40,000 nt of DNA from an uncultured Candidatus Peribacteria bacterium (GCA_964514565.1 CAZERA010000001.1:552080-592079), one strand, 5' to 3'; numbered from the stretch's first letter, positions 1 to 8,797 are shown. Notes: generated from the letters alone by a model not told the origin. A program made the numbers and translations.

Positions 1-567
1 TCCGACTATAGCTCCTACGATTAAGAAAATGAAATTGATTACTTGAACTGTCTCCACTGTGGCAATGTGGTCAATGATATATTTATAGATAGTGATTGCT
101 AGTACAGTCATGATCGTATTGAGCATGAGCCATTTTGTGCTTGATTTATGCCATGCATCACGTTTCATCAGCGTAATAATGGTAAGTACAATTACTCCAA
201 CACCAAGAATTTGTACTGGAGAAATATCATAGCCAAGGTAATAATCAACTATAGCTAGTAAGGGGACAGTGAGCATTCTGAATATACCGGCTATGCTTCT
301 TGAGGCTTTTAGTGTTGCCATATTACTAACGAAACATGCTGCTAAATTGACCAGTGCTGCCAGTACTAAAATGGGCCATGATTGGACAAAGAAGTTTAAT
401 GTCCCTCGGTAGATACCTACTGCTATATAAATCAGTAAAGTAACAAAACTATTGAGAAAGATAGCTCCCCATACATCTTCACCATGTTTGTTGTGTTCAT
501 GTTTTGCGACGCTACAGCCAATTTCTACAAAAAAGGCGGCGATTACTACTAGTAAAATACCAAACAT
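1..567 (-). CDS. Multi-pass membrane protein, 3' end cut by the window edge; family not recognised
   Basis: The minus-strand frame is open from the ATG (complement of 565-567) to position 1. Hand translation MFGILLVVIAAFFVEIGCSVAKHEHNKHGEDVWGAIFLNSFVTLLIYIAVGIY... is mostly hydrophobic helices. It is absent from the ORF track because there is no stop inside the window. Confidence 0.5.
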   Translation of the reverse strand, partial: MFGILLVVIAAFFVEIGCSVAKHEHNKHGEDVWGAIFLNSFVTLLIYIAVGIYRGTLNFFVQSWPILVLAALVNLAACFVSNMATLKASRSIAGIFRMLTVPLLAIVDYYLGYDISPVQILGVGVIVLTIITLMKRDAWHKSSTKWLMLNTIMTVLAITIYKYIIDHIATVETVQVINFIFLIVGAIVG

Positions 568-625
568 GAGAAAAAGTTATCTTCTCATTGTATCTTTTTC
601 GCTCTAGCAAAACAACTATTGCAGG

Positions 626-1399
626 TTAATTTGTGCCAACAATAGTCTCGATTTTGAGCTGAGGATGTTTGAGCAAAATACTATATTTCTCAATTGGATT
701 TTTTCCAGTCAAGAATAATTTGCCTGTTTTGAGCTGACCTTCCGTACCTTCAAATATTAAAGTGTCTTCAGCACCGTCCCATTCAAATTGCTGGAGGATT
801 TGATTCGTTTTTTGTTTAGAAGCGATTGGTACAGCTCCTGCTTGTAGTTTGAACATCGCTAAACCGATACTGGCATTTTGACCAAAACAATTGAGTCCCA
901 AGCCATGATAAACAAATGATTTCTTCTGCATCAATGCATATTTGTAAAAATAGTATTCTGCTACAAAGGTGATATTGATTGGCAATGGAATATCTAATTC
1001 TTTGGGGAAGACTTTGTAAGCGGTACTGAGACAATCCTCTCGTAAACCAAAAATGAACCCGCCCTGGTACTTGGTACCATTGTGTAAAGAGATGGCTTGA
1101 TAAGGCGTGTCGTGTGGAGACTTTAGTACCTTTTCTTTGACATTGAAAAACTGAGGATGATCTTTGGTAGCAATATTGGCATGATATAAAGGCAAAAAAC
1201 GGTCAATGTATGCTTCATCGACGTCATCAATCGAAAATGCCCAGTTGGTTGTCTCTAATCTAGTACAGGCTGATCTAATTCTTTGTGCTGTTTTCTTGCC
1301 AAATACTTGATATGCATCTGCTTTGTCTGCCAATTCTACGCGCCATGCTACCTGAAGTGGGTAGGTACAATCGAATGACTTACTCATAAAAGACAACAT
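626..1399 (-). CDS. Hypothetical protein; weak resemblance to FemAB/GNAT-fold acyltransferases
   Basis: 257-aa ORF filling the gap between its neighbours. The C-terminal segment GLGLNCFGQNASIGLAMFKLQAGAVP recalls the G..GL..FK..G motif of FemAB/BioF2-like acyltransferases. This functional call is weak. Confidence 0.5.
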   Translation of the reverse strand: MLSFMSKSFDCTYPLQVAWRVELADKADAYQVFGKKTAQRIRSACTRLETTNWAFSIDDVDEAYIDRFLPLYHANIATKDHPQFFNVKEKVLKSPHDTPYQAISLHNGTKYQGGFIFGLREDCLSTAYKVFPKELDIPLPINITFVAEYYFYKYALMQKKSFVYHGLGLNCFGQNASIGLAMFKLQAGAVPIASKQKTNQILQQFEWDGAEDTLIFEGTEGQLKTGKLFLTGKNPIEKYSILLKHPQLKIETIVGTN

Positions 1400-1488
1400 A
1401 CATTATTGCGCCTCAATCCTAACAGAAATTGTAACTGCACTAAAGTAAAATGCTGTGATATACTTGTTAAGATTTATTAATATTTTCT

Positions 1489-2739
1489 GTGTTAGATTCC
1501 CAACTGTTTGCTCGCTTACAAAACTATTCCATCGTAGCCCAATTTGCTTTTGAGCCTATTAATTATCAAGCTCAAAAAGTAGCATTCATGAGTGGCAATA
1601 TTCGCAACCCTCATTTTACTTATCTAACTCCTACTGACCCACATTATTTTGCTACTAGCCGTTTTGAATTAACAACATTGGCAGAGGAAATTGCTGCCGA
1701 CAAAAAACATAGTAAAGCTCTAAAAGACCTGTATCTGAAAAGGATTGAAAATGATCTTGCTCGGGTGAACATCTATGAAGCTAGTCATAATGCAGATAGT
1801 GATCAGTTTTGGTTAAGTGCTCAAAAACTGCATGGTGCTGTATCTACTGATTGGTGGGCAGAACTAGTTGGTCACTTAGATAGCTCTGTACAGACTAAAT
1901 TGGATACTGGTGATTGGCAATCTTTGGCAAGTAAGCATGAGTTGGTAATAGACAAGAAATTAAAAGCAAATGTGGCTGAACATTTATTGGCTCTTTATCC
2001 ATATTTGGCTGAGGTCGCCAAATGGCCCCATGAAAGTGTAGATGCACCCTTGATCGAGCAAGCTTGTAAAGAGTTTTTATTGTCATTAGATATTACCGAT
2101 TGGCAGGTAAAAGTGATTGAGTCTCATGCCAAAGGAATGTCTGTAAATAGTAAGAATAAAGTGATCACGATACCGTCTACTCGCAAGATGCCTGTGAATA
2201 AATTGCAACAGCTCCTTGCTCATGAGATTGGTACGCATGTCATGCGATCTATCAATGGAGCCAATAGTTCATTGGTTTTGCTGTCTGCAGGCTTAGCCCA
2301 TTATTTACCTGGCGAAGAGGGACTAGCTACGATGTGTGCCCAGTCACTGAGCAAATATAAGTGGCAAGCATTTGCTGGTCAGGATAAATACTTTGCGATT
2401 GGTTTAGTCATGGGTGTCGATGGTAAAGAACGAGATTTTCGAGATGTGTTTGAAATAATGAAATTGTATTATGCAGCAGAATCCAAAAAGTTTGATCAGT
2501 ATTCTTTAAAAATTCAAGAAAAAGCATGGAGTACTTGTGTGCGTATCTTCCGTGGTACCACCGGATTAGTAAAAGGCCAATGTTATACCAAAGATTTAGC
2601 GTACTACAAAGGAAATAGATTGATGTGGGAGCTCAATATCAAAGATCCCGCTTTCTTCCCCCAGCTTTTTAAAGGCAAATTTTCACCATTCGAACCAGGC
2701 CAGGTAGAAAGCCTCAAAGAATTGGGAATACTTAAGTAA
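1489..2739 (+). CDS. DUF1704 / MATCAP-like zinc metallocarboxypeptidase (QEGLA-motif family)
   Basis: LLAHEIGTHVMRS (HExxH) is followed by GLAHYLPGEEGLATMCAQ. This matches the HEIGxH...QEGLA signature of the DUF1704 'flavohemoglobin expression-modulating QEGLA motif' family. The track start is GTG, so the exact start is uncertain. Confidence 0.75.
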   Translation: MLDSQLFARLQNYSIVAQFAFEPINYQAQKVAFMSGNIRNPHFTYLTPTDPHYFATSRFELTTLAEEIAADKKHSKALKDLYLKRIENDLARVNIYEASHNADSDQFWLSAQKLHGAVSTDWWAELVGHLDSSVQTKLDTGDWQSLASKHELVIDKKLKANVAEHLLALYPYLAEVAKWPHESVDAPLIEQACKEFLLSLDITDWQVKVIESHAKGMSVNSKNKVITIPSTRKMPVNKLQQLLAHEIGTHVMRSINGANSSLVLLSAGLAHYLPGEEGLATMCAQSLSKYKWQAFAGQDKYFAIGLVMGVDGKERDFRDVFEIMKLYYAAESKKFDQYSLKIQEKAWSTCVRIFRGTTGLVKGQCYTKDLAYYKGNRLMWELNIKDPAFFPQLFKGKFSPFEPGQVESLKELGILK

Positions 2740-2750
2740 ACCCAGGCAAC

Positions 2751-2778
2751 TTGCCAAGTAGTAAATATTTGTTATAGT
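2751..2778 (+). promoter_or_regulatory. Sigma70-type promoter for the aspS leader
   Basis: -35 TTGCCA (2751-2756), a 16-nt spacer, then an extended -10 TGtTATAGT (2770-2778). It lies about 210 nt upstream of the leader terminator, which is a typical T-box leader length. Confidence 0.4.
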
Positions 2779-2784
2779 TTTGTC

Positions 2785-2992
2785 AAAGCACTGAAGCTGC
2801 AAACACAGCTGAGCTGATAGCAGAAATCTGGCCCTGCCAGAAAGTAGACCTACTCCGGGGAGTCCCGTCACAGACTAAGTCCTTGATAGAGGATAAAGGT
2901 TGATCTTGGTAACAAGATCGAAAGTAAGGTGGCACCGTGAAGATATATACTCACCCTTACAAGCATGCTTGCAAGGTTTGTTTTATTTATTT
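2785..2992 (+). promoter_or_regulatory. T-box riboswitch leader (tRNA-sensing transcription attenuator) of aspS
   Basis: The antiterminator reads AAGG(2926-2929)[UGGCACC 2930-2936]GUGA(2937-2940), loop 2941-2950, UCAC(2951-2954), CCUU(2955-2958). That gives helix A1, the 7-nt UGGNACC bulge and helix A2 of the canonical structure. The T-box core AGGUGGCACCGUG compares with consensus GGGUGGNACCGCG. A Stem III-like hairpin GAUCUUG-GUAA-CAAGAUC sits at 2902-2919. The A1 3' strand is shared with the terminator 5' strand. The element lies directly upstream of an aminoacyl-tRNA synthetase gene. Confidence 0.75.
2955..2992 (+). terminator. Intrinsic terminator of the T-box leader
   Basis: CCUUACAAGC (2955-2964) pairs with GCUUGCAAGG (2967-2976) with one internal mismatch. 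It is followed by UUUGUUUUAUUUAUUU (2977-2992). Confidence 0.75.
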
Positions 2993-3004
2993 ACTCCATC
3001 TTTT

Positions 3005-4312
3005 ATGATGTCACGTTTATTGATAGGTGAATTGGGCAAAAAAACAGGTCAGATAGTCAGAATTGCTGGTTGGTTACACAACTATCGCGATTTAGGAAAA
3101 ATTGCTTTTGCGGTGGTGCGTGATCGTACTGGTACTATTCAATGTGTCTTGGATAAAGAAGTGAAAGATGTATTGGCTCATCATCAATTGGAGACCGTAT
3201 TGGGTATCGAGGGTCTACTAGTAGAAGATACCAAAAGCCATGCACTAGAAATCCAAGTGCATTCTGTGGAAATAATTGCGGCCGTGGATCAGGTACTGCC
3301 ATTTGAGATTCACAAGCCAGAGCTAGATGTACGATTGGATACTATGTTGGATCATCGTTTGGTATCACTTCGAAATTTAAAAACGCGATCAATCTTTCAA
3401 GCCCAAGCTCAACTACTACGCTATATGCGTGAGTATTTTGATCAACAAGCTTTTACCGAAATCAACACACCAAAGCTGATTGCTTTTCCAACCGAGGGCG
3501 GCTCTGAGATCTTTCCTGTGAAGTACTACGACCGTACTGCCTATTTGGCCCAGTCACCACAGTTTTATAAACAAATGATGGTGAGTGTTTTTGAAAGAGT
3601 ATACGAAATAGGTCATGCCTATCGAGCAGAGAACAGCAACACTAGTAGGCATCTTTCTGAGGTGATCATGGTGGATGCCGAGATGGGATTTATTGATTCT
3701 TGGCGTGATGTCGGCGCGGTTGCTGTCGGATTATTGCGCTATGCTATCGACAGTTTATGGCAGCATGATCAAGTTATCCTTGAGCTTTGGCCAGAGCTTA
3801 AAAAACCAATTATTCCTGAAAAGATTCCGGAGGTGACTGTAGAAGAATTACATCAATTGGTATTTGAACATACCAAGGAAGACTTCCGTAAAGAACCTGA
3901 TCCCTCACCTCAGGAAGAGAGATTTATTTGTGAATACTTCAAGAAGCAAACTGGCAGTGACGCTGTTTTGATCACAGAGTTTCCTTCATCAGATGCTAAG
4001 TTTTATCACTATATCAATCCTGACAAACCAGAGGTAGCTGATCGCGCCGATTTGCTATTTAAAGGCGTGGAGATTGCCACATTGTCTCGTCGAATCCATA
4101 GTTACCAACAACTGATTGCAACTGCAAAGGCAAAAGGAATTGATGTAAATAACCCAGGCCTTACTGATTACTTGCAAGCTTTCGCCTACGGTATGCCTCC
4201 AGAAGGAGGCTTCGGCATGGGGGTAGAAAGAATCACCCAAAAAATCTTCGACCTAGCTAACGTCAAAGAAGCATGTTTATTTCCTAGAGATGTACAGAGA
4301 CTAGCACCGTAA
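3005..4312 (+). CDS. aspS: Aspartyl-tRNA synthetase, archaeal/eukaryal-type (class IIb, ~435 aa)
   Basis: N-terminal OB-fold signature VRIAGWLHNYRDLGKIAFAVVRDRTGTIQCV. AspRS-specific LAQSPQFYKQMM. Motif 2 GHAYRAENSNTSRHLSE. Motif 3 GGFGMGVERI. I place the start at ATG 3005 because the track's TTG at 2900 lies inside the T-box leader. Confidence 0.9.
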   Translation: MMSRLLIGELGKKTGQIVRIAGWLHNYRDLGKIAFAVVRDRTGTIQCVLDKEVKDVLAHHQLETVLGIEGLLVEDTKSHALEIQVHSVEIIAAVDQVLPFEIHKPELDVRLDTMLDHRLVSLRNLKTRSIFQAQAQLLRYMREYFDQQAFTEINTPKLIAFPTEGGSEIFPVKYYDRTAYLAQSPQFYKQMMVSVFERVYEIGHAYRAENSNTSRHLSEVIMVDAEMGFIDSWRDVGAVAVGLLRYAIDSLWQHDQVILELWPELKKPIIPEKIPEVTVEELHQLVFEHTKEDFRKEPDPSPQEERFICEYFKKQTGSDAVLITEFPSSDAKFYHYINPDKPEVADRADLLFKGVEIATLSRRIHSYQQLIATAKAKGIDVNNPGLTDYLQAFAYGMPPEGGFGMGVERITQKIFDLANVKEACLFPRDVQRLAP

Positions 4313-4314
4313 AG

Positions 4315-4396
4315 TTAGGTCAGAGGTACGAGTTCAGAGGGCAGAGGTAGGAATTCAATCCACAACCTTTGCCCTCGCACCTCTGCCCTTTGACCT
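4315..4396. repeat. Composite palindrome 'D': inverted arrays of degenerate heptamers (CAGAGGT-like) between convergent genes
   Basis: Left arm: GGT CAGAGGT ACGAGTT CAGAGGG CAGAGGT AGG (4318-4351). Right arm 4366-4395 reverse-complements to GGTCAAAGGGCAGAGGTGCGAGGGCAAAGG. The element fills the whole gap between the aspS stop (4312) and the stop of 4402..6831. Its first 17 nt recur at 35013-35029. Confidence 0.6.
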
Positions 4397-4401
4397 ATTT
4401 A

Positions 4402-6831
4402 TTAGCGTCTTCTTCCTCGCCGATTGTTCACCCTTCTATGCAAGATTGGTGTGCGACGAGCTGGGACTCTAGTCGTGTGTACTTCTGGATGTCTACCTCG
4501 TCCTGGTAATGGCCTAAGCCCAGGTCTAGTTGGATTAATTCTTAAATTTGGGTGACGCAATTGCGGTCTCAGTCGGCCATTGGGAAATCTTGGACGTCTT
4601 AAACCTGAAGCTGTCGGATGGCTAGTAGTTTGCGGTCTGTTGTTGGCTGTTGGTGGTCTTCTTGGAGCAACAGGGACATGGTTTACATGCTGTTCTTCAG
4701 GCCCGTGACTTCTGATCACCATATGGAAATGTTTTGGTGGGCCGTGGAAGCGCACGAAGATGTCGCCTTGTTGGACTGTGCCTGCATCGCGATCTCTCAC
4801 TGGCTGAGCTAGTCTAGCGCTTGCTTGTACTAATCCTCGGAAGAACATGCCGATATTGGCGTCAGTGACAAAGCGTTCATAACTACCATCTGCTTTGCGG
4901 TGGATGACAGCGTATTGTCTACAGCTAAAATCAACTGCGGCAAACATAGGATGGGCACTGTGATTACTGTGGCCACGTAAGCGTCCATTGTCAGCATGGC
5001 TGCGAACTGTACTATTGATAATAGGAATGATTATGTAGTCATGACTCAGACCACTGGCGTACATCCGGGCATTGAGCTCCGTGATCAATTTATTGATAGT
5101 GCCAATGTGATCTGTTCTAACTACTCGACGCCAAGGCTGAGCAATATTCTCGCTGTCGAATATCAATTCTGGATGATTTCCCGTATTTTCTCTTACTAGG
5201 TTTCCAGCTGTTACTTCGCGATCGATAGTACTCGCCAAGGCTACATTTGTAGCGAAACCATTTCTATATCTAGCAGCGAATTGATCATGCTGTAATAACC
5301 ATGGATAGACATTCACATTGTTTTGAGACGGTGCTGAGGTGACAAATTGCCAAGCATCAGCACTACGAGGAATCGCTACAGTATCTAAGTTGAAGCTAGT
5401 ATTTCGTACGCGACTAATATTCCTATCGTTTCTTTGATGCAGATTATCTAAAAAACTTCGTGCTTGAGTTCTGCCGCCAGCCAAAGTAGGTGTGTCTGTT
5501 TCGTTAGCCACTACTTCATTATCTTCACCCGGGATGTCGTGTTCAAAAAGAGCGTGGTAGGCGAGCACTTTGGGATAATAACCCAGTGATGCTGTGCCAT
5601 AATCTGATCGTGGATGACGCAAAAAGTAATTAGTAGATGCTGTGATGTATGCTTCGTTTTGGATTCGTTCTGGGTCGTTGCTGGCTAAAATTGCTTGTAC
5701 CGCAGGATCATTGAGTTCCTCGGTAATCATTCTTTCTATTGCTCCTTGGCCAGGATTATAGCCGCCAATGAGAGCCGGAATCAGTAACGCTTCAGGATGC
5801 TGGAAAACAGGATGGCTATCTGCCCATACCGATTTATAGTGTCTAAAGATATTATTGAAAATAAGAGCCACTACTCTTGATTCATCTGCAATACTACTTC
5901 GGTTTGGTACCCTGTTGCCGAAGATTTCTCTCCAAGCTCGTTGGTTATATGTGTGAGCATCTCTACGAGTTGGTGGTTCAATCTGCCAAATTCCTTCTGC
6001 ACCAGTGCTACTTGTTTCAATATTGTGACCATATTCAGTCTCGAGAGCAGGCATGCCATCACAAACTAGATTTACAAATTGTTCAGCTAAGTCTGGTGAA
6101 TAATTATTGAGATACTGATAGAGCTCGGTGTGTCTTGCTGCGTCTAGAAATGCTCTGCGAATTTGGGTGCGACGATTGATGCGCTCACCTGCATGCATTG
6201 GTTGTCGAGCATTGTGACGAATAGCGCTGAACATTTGCTCAGCACGCCATGGCATCCCGAGCGGTAATTGGCCGCGGACATCTACTGTACCGCATTGTTC
6301 AGGATTGAGTTGGCTGCGAGCCTGATCCCACCAGCTTTGGTCACCGGCACGATTGCTCGGCATAGTAATTTGTGCACAACGTTTCCAGCCGTTGCTAGTA
6401 TTGAAAAATACGACTGGAATGCCGTCTCCAGTAGGATTGATCTGCATTGCTTGCGTGATACTACGAAGAGTAGCTCCCATGCCAGCAGTTGGTTCTAGGT
6501 CCAAAATATTCACTTCATCGTCAAGATTGGATGTCGGTGGTCGAGTAACTGCGGCGTCTTCATCATCATCAACCGGATCTTCGATCTCAGGTAATTGGAC
6601 GCCAGTATCTACTGGTCTGTCCTTATCACTACATCCTTGCAAAGCGGGTTGAGCCAAAGCCGTTCCCAACATGAATAAGCTCATGGCACGTCGAGCGCGT
6701 TCACGCCAAGCCAACTGTTGCATGAGATCATTGCCAGCATTTCTGCTCAAAAGGCTCTTTAATCTTTGTCGTAAACCAACTACAGGATTTTCTGATCCAG
6801 GTGCAGCAGAATCTAATTTATTTAGGCGCAT
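4402..6831 (-). CDS. Predicted lipoprotein cell-wall hydrolase: SLT lytic transglycosylase domain, M15/hedgehog-type zinc D,D-peptidase-like domain and Arg/Pro-rich basic tail
   Basis: Twin-arginine-like signal plus lipobox: RERARRAMSLFMLGTALAQPALQGC. SLT signature: LETEYGHNIETSSTGAEGIWQIEPPT (residues ~263-287). M15-like signature: NSTVRSHADN...SNHSAHPMFAAVDF...HFHMVI (residues ~605-706; compare S.RS...SxHxxGxAxD...H). The last ~100 aa are R/P/N/H-rich. Confidence 0.7.
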   Translation of the reverse strand: MRLNKLDSAAPGSENPVVGLRQRLKSLLSRNAGNDLMQQLAWRERARRAMSLFMLGTALAQPALQGCSDKDRPVDTGVQLPEIEDPVDDDEDAAVTRPPTSNLDDEVNILDLEPTAGMGATLRSITQAMQINPTGDGIPVVFFNTSNGWKRCAQITMPSNRAGDQSWWDQARSQLNPEQCGTVDVRGQLPLGMPWRAEQMFSAIRHNARQPMHAGERINRRTQIRRAFLDAARHTELYQYLNNYSPDLAEQFVNLVCDGMPALETEYGHNIETSSTGAEGIWQIEPPTRRDAHTYNQRAWREIFGNRVPNRSSIADESRVVALIFNNIFRHYKSVWADSHPVFQHPEALLIPALIGGYNPGQGAIERMITEELNDPAVQAILASNDPERIQNEAYITASTNYFLRHPRSDYGTASLGYYPKVLAYHALFEHDIPGEDNEVVANETDTPTLAGGRTQARSFLDNLHQRNDRNISRVRNTSFNLDTVAIPRSADAWQFVTSAPSQNNVNVYPWLLQHDQFAARYRNGFATNVALASTIDREVTAGNLVRENTGNHPELIFDSENIAQPWRRVVRTDHIGTINKLITELNARMYASGLSHDYIIIPIINSTVRSHADNGRLRGHSNHSAHPMFAAVDFSCRQYAVIHRKADGSYERFVTDANIGMFFRGLVQASARLAQPVRDRDAGTVQQGDIFVRFHGPPKHFHMVIRSHGPEEQHVNHVPVAPRRPPTANNRPQTTSHPTASGLRRPRFPNGRLRPQLRHPNLRINPTRPGLRPLPGRGRHPEVHTTRVPARRTPILHRRVNNRRGRRR

Positions 6832-6938
6832 CGTTTTATACTACTTAAAGTATTATGCTGGATGTAGCGCACAGTGTCAATTATGCGTGATCCAGCAAAT
6901 ATAGTATCCAGAAAAATCTCCAATCTCTGGCCTCTGCT

Positions 6939-7832
6939 CTATTCTAGCATTTCTTCCAATATTTCATTCACAACCGCCAGACTGCCATCATTGGTCACTA
7001 CGACATCATAGCTATCACTATAGATCTCAATATTCTTTTCCACTTCTTGATTGAGAAAACCGACCTTGATAATTTCTTTGTAATCAAAACCATCGGCCAT
7101 CCCTACGTCACCCATGCTGTCACCTAGCAATAAAATATTTTTGCGCTCTTTGATCGTTTCAAAAACTGGGAAATTCTTCACGACAACTTCGTGTTTATTG
7201 AGTGAGTGGATAATCGGTTCGTTTATTTTTACCGCATTGCCTTCAGCATCGAACTGATAAAGATTGGCGATTACATGCACGTTGTTACGTAATAATCCTT
7301 CGTGCCGGAGATGTTCGATCAACATATCACCAGGCGCAGCCGACATGATGATTAAAGGAATCTGATGTTTTTCTAGTAGATCAATAAACTCTTTCACTTG
7401 GTCACGAAATTGCAGTGTGCTATTGAGTACCACATCATTGATTACATCACGGTTGAAGCCAGATTGCTCAAGTAAAGCAAAATGCTTTTGCCACCAAGTC
7501 AGCATATCCAAATTACGTTCAGCCAAAGAAAGCGTATTGTCGCGTTCGATTGGAGCATAATGATCAAATAAAGCTTGTGCGGCAGCTGGGTAATCAGGTG
7601 TCAGATATTTCCCTTTGCGTAGCTGTCCAATAATTGATGGAGCTTTCTCACCATTCACATATGCTCGAGTCAAAGTATTATCAAAATCAGCAATCACATG
7701 AAACTGACTAGCCCCATCTCGTCTAATACTTAGTTTGCTGACCTCTAATCGCTCTGGATGAGGAGTAACTATTGCTGAATTAGCCGGGATATTTTGATCG
7801 CTCATAGGGAGATTTACTGCTAAAAGTAGCAT
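6939..7832 (-). CDS. HAD-superfamily pyrimidine 5'-nucleotidase, cN-III/UMPH-1 type
   Basis: DFDNTLT nucleophile motif. IPLIIMSAAPGDMLIEHL, FDAEGNAVKINEPIIHSLNKHE and LLGDSMGDVGMADG parallel the human NT5C3 motifs as I recall them. ATG 7805 (MSDQN...) is an alternative start. Confidence 0.7.
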   Translation of the reverse strand: MLLLAVNLPMSDQNIPANSAIVTPHPERLEVSKLSIRRDGASQFHVIADFDNTLTRAYVNGEKAPSIIGQLRKGKYLTPDYPAAAQALFDHYAPIERDNTLSLAERNLDMLTWWQKHFALLEQSGFNRDVINDVVLNSTLQFRDQVKEFIDLLEKHQIPLIIMSAAPGDMLIEHLRHEGLLRNNVHVIANLYQFDAEGNAVKINEPIIHSLNKHEVVVKNFPVFETIKERKNILLLGDSMGDVGMADGFDYKEIIKVGFLNQEVEKNIEIYSDSYDVVVTNDGSLAVVNEILEEMLE

Positions 7833-7872
7833 ACTAATCTACCTAGGAGTATGCAAAACTTTTAGTTACTGA

Positions 7873-8763
7873 TCAGCCATAGTATTGACCTTTCTCAACC
7901 ATCAAACTGGCCTTTTCTAATTGCAGTTCTCTTTTTCTTCGTCCAGCGCTATCCCAGTGGTTCTTTCCCCGTTCCCAACGCACAAAAGCTAAATATTGCT
8001 TCATGCCTTTCTCTGTCTTCAAAGCAGAAATAATATAGCTTTGACCATCACGTTTTCTTTTAGCTGCAGCAAAAACAGTCAGTCCCTCATCCGGTAAATT
8101 TTCAGCCCCACCTTCATGCCAATCTAATCGTTCCAAGGCTGCTCGGATTTGAGCTATATGCTGTTCACCAATTGCTACCACCTCTCCTCGGAATAAAGCA
8201 TTGGTTAACAATTTATTGGTAAGTTCCAAATCCTCTTTTCCCATTGGACCACCATGAACAAGGTCATTGAGCAGTTGTGCTTTTGCTGCATCCTCCATTA
8301 CGGCATCCATCTCCTGTATCTCTTTATCAATTTCGCCGACACGACGATCAATATAATTCAAACGAGCGCTGATGATTTTTATTTCATCATGTTCCGGTAT
8401 CAATGTTGCTTCTCCAGCATCAGCTCCGTTTGTATTAACTAATGTCTTTTTTCGTAATACTTCAGCCATGTCTGCTCGAAATTGTTCTACAATTAGTTTC
8501 AATTCTGGTACTAATCCAATCAAATATCGAGCAACTGTACGGTTGATACCATCACCAACTTGGCAATGATCCATTGTTTCTGGATCCTCTGGTTGATCAT
8601 AATCGCCAGCATACTGCAAAATCTGGGCAATATCTGGAGCTTGTAAATCTTGCGGTGACATTTGGACTACTCTTCGCCAAAAAATCCTGTTACTGCCCCC
8701 AGTTTCCATGATTAGCGGTATTGATTGGTCTGTTACTTCCACTCCAAATAATTTAAACCCCAT
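7873..8763 (-). CDS. Hypothetical protein (296 aa), probably co-transcribed with the 5'-nucleotidase
   Basis: Long ORF, 40 nt upstream of 6939..7832 on the same strand. It has a central coiled-coil-like acidic segment. No motif recognised. Confidence 0.55.
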   Translation of the reverse strand: MGFKLFGVEVTDQSIPLIMETGGSNRIFWRRVVQMSPQDLQAPDIAQILQYAGDYDQPEDPETMDHCQVGDGINRTVARYLIGLVPELKLIVEQFRADMAEVLRKKTLVNTNGADAGEATLIPEHDEIKIISARLNYIDRRVGEIDKEIQEMDAVMEDAAKAQLLNDLVHGGPMGKEDLELTNKLLTNALFRGEVVAIGEQHIAQIRAALERLDWHEGGAENLPDEGLTVFAAAKRKRDGQSYIISALKTEKGMKQYLAFVRWERGKNHWDSAGRRKRELQLEKASLMVEKGQYYG

Positions 8764-8797
8764 ACTATTTTTTGAAAATTAGAAATAATTATAGCAT

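Noticed and set aside
2686-2700. TTCGAACC-like T-loop motif, considered as a possible tRNA gene
   Set aside because: It lies inside the well-supported DUF1704 CDS with no acceptor or anticodon stems around it. No other tRNA-like cloverleaf was seen in the window.
2900-3004. N-terminal extension of aspS from the TTG at 2900 (track ORF 2900..4312)
   Set aside because: These 35 codons are the T-box Stem III, antiterminator and terminator. AspRS homology begins right after ATG 3005.
6850-6895. GCTGGAT...ATCCAGC inverted repeat as the terminator of the 5'-nucleotidase gene
   Set aside because: It has only a 7-bp stem with a 26-nt loop and no U-run, which is not convincing.
4618-6904. Seven 60-100-aa ORFs on both strands inside or overlapping 4402..6831
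   Set aside because: All are nested in the 809-aa hydrolase gene, which has clear SLT and M15-like motifs. They are typical shadow ORFs of a G+C-richer gene, and none has a recognisable motif.
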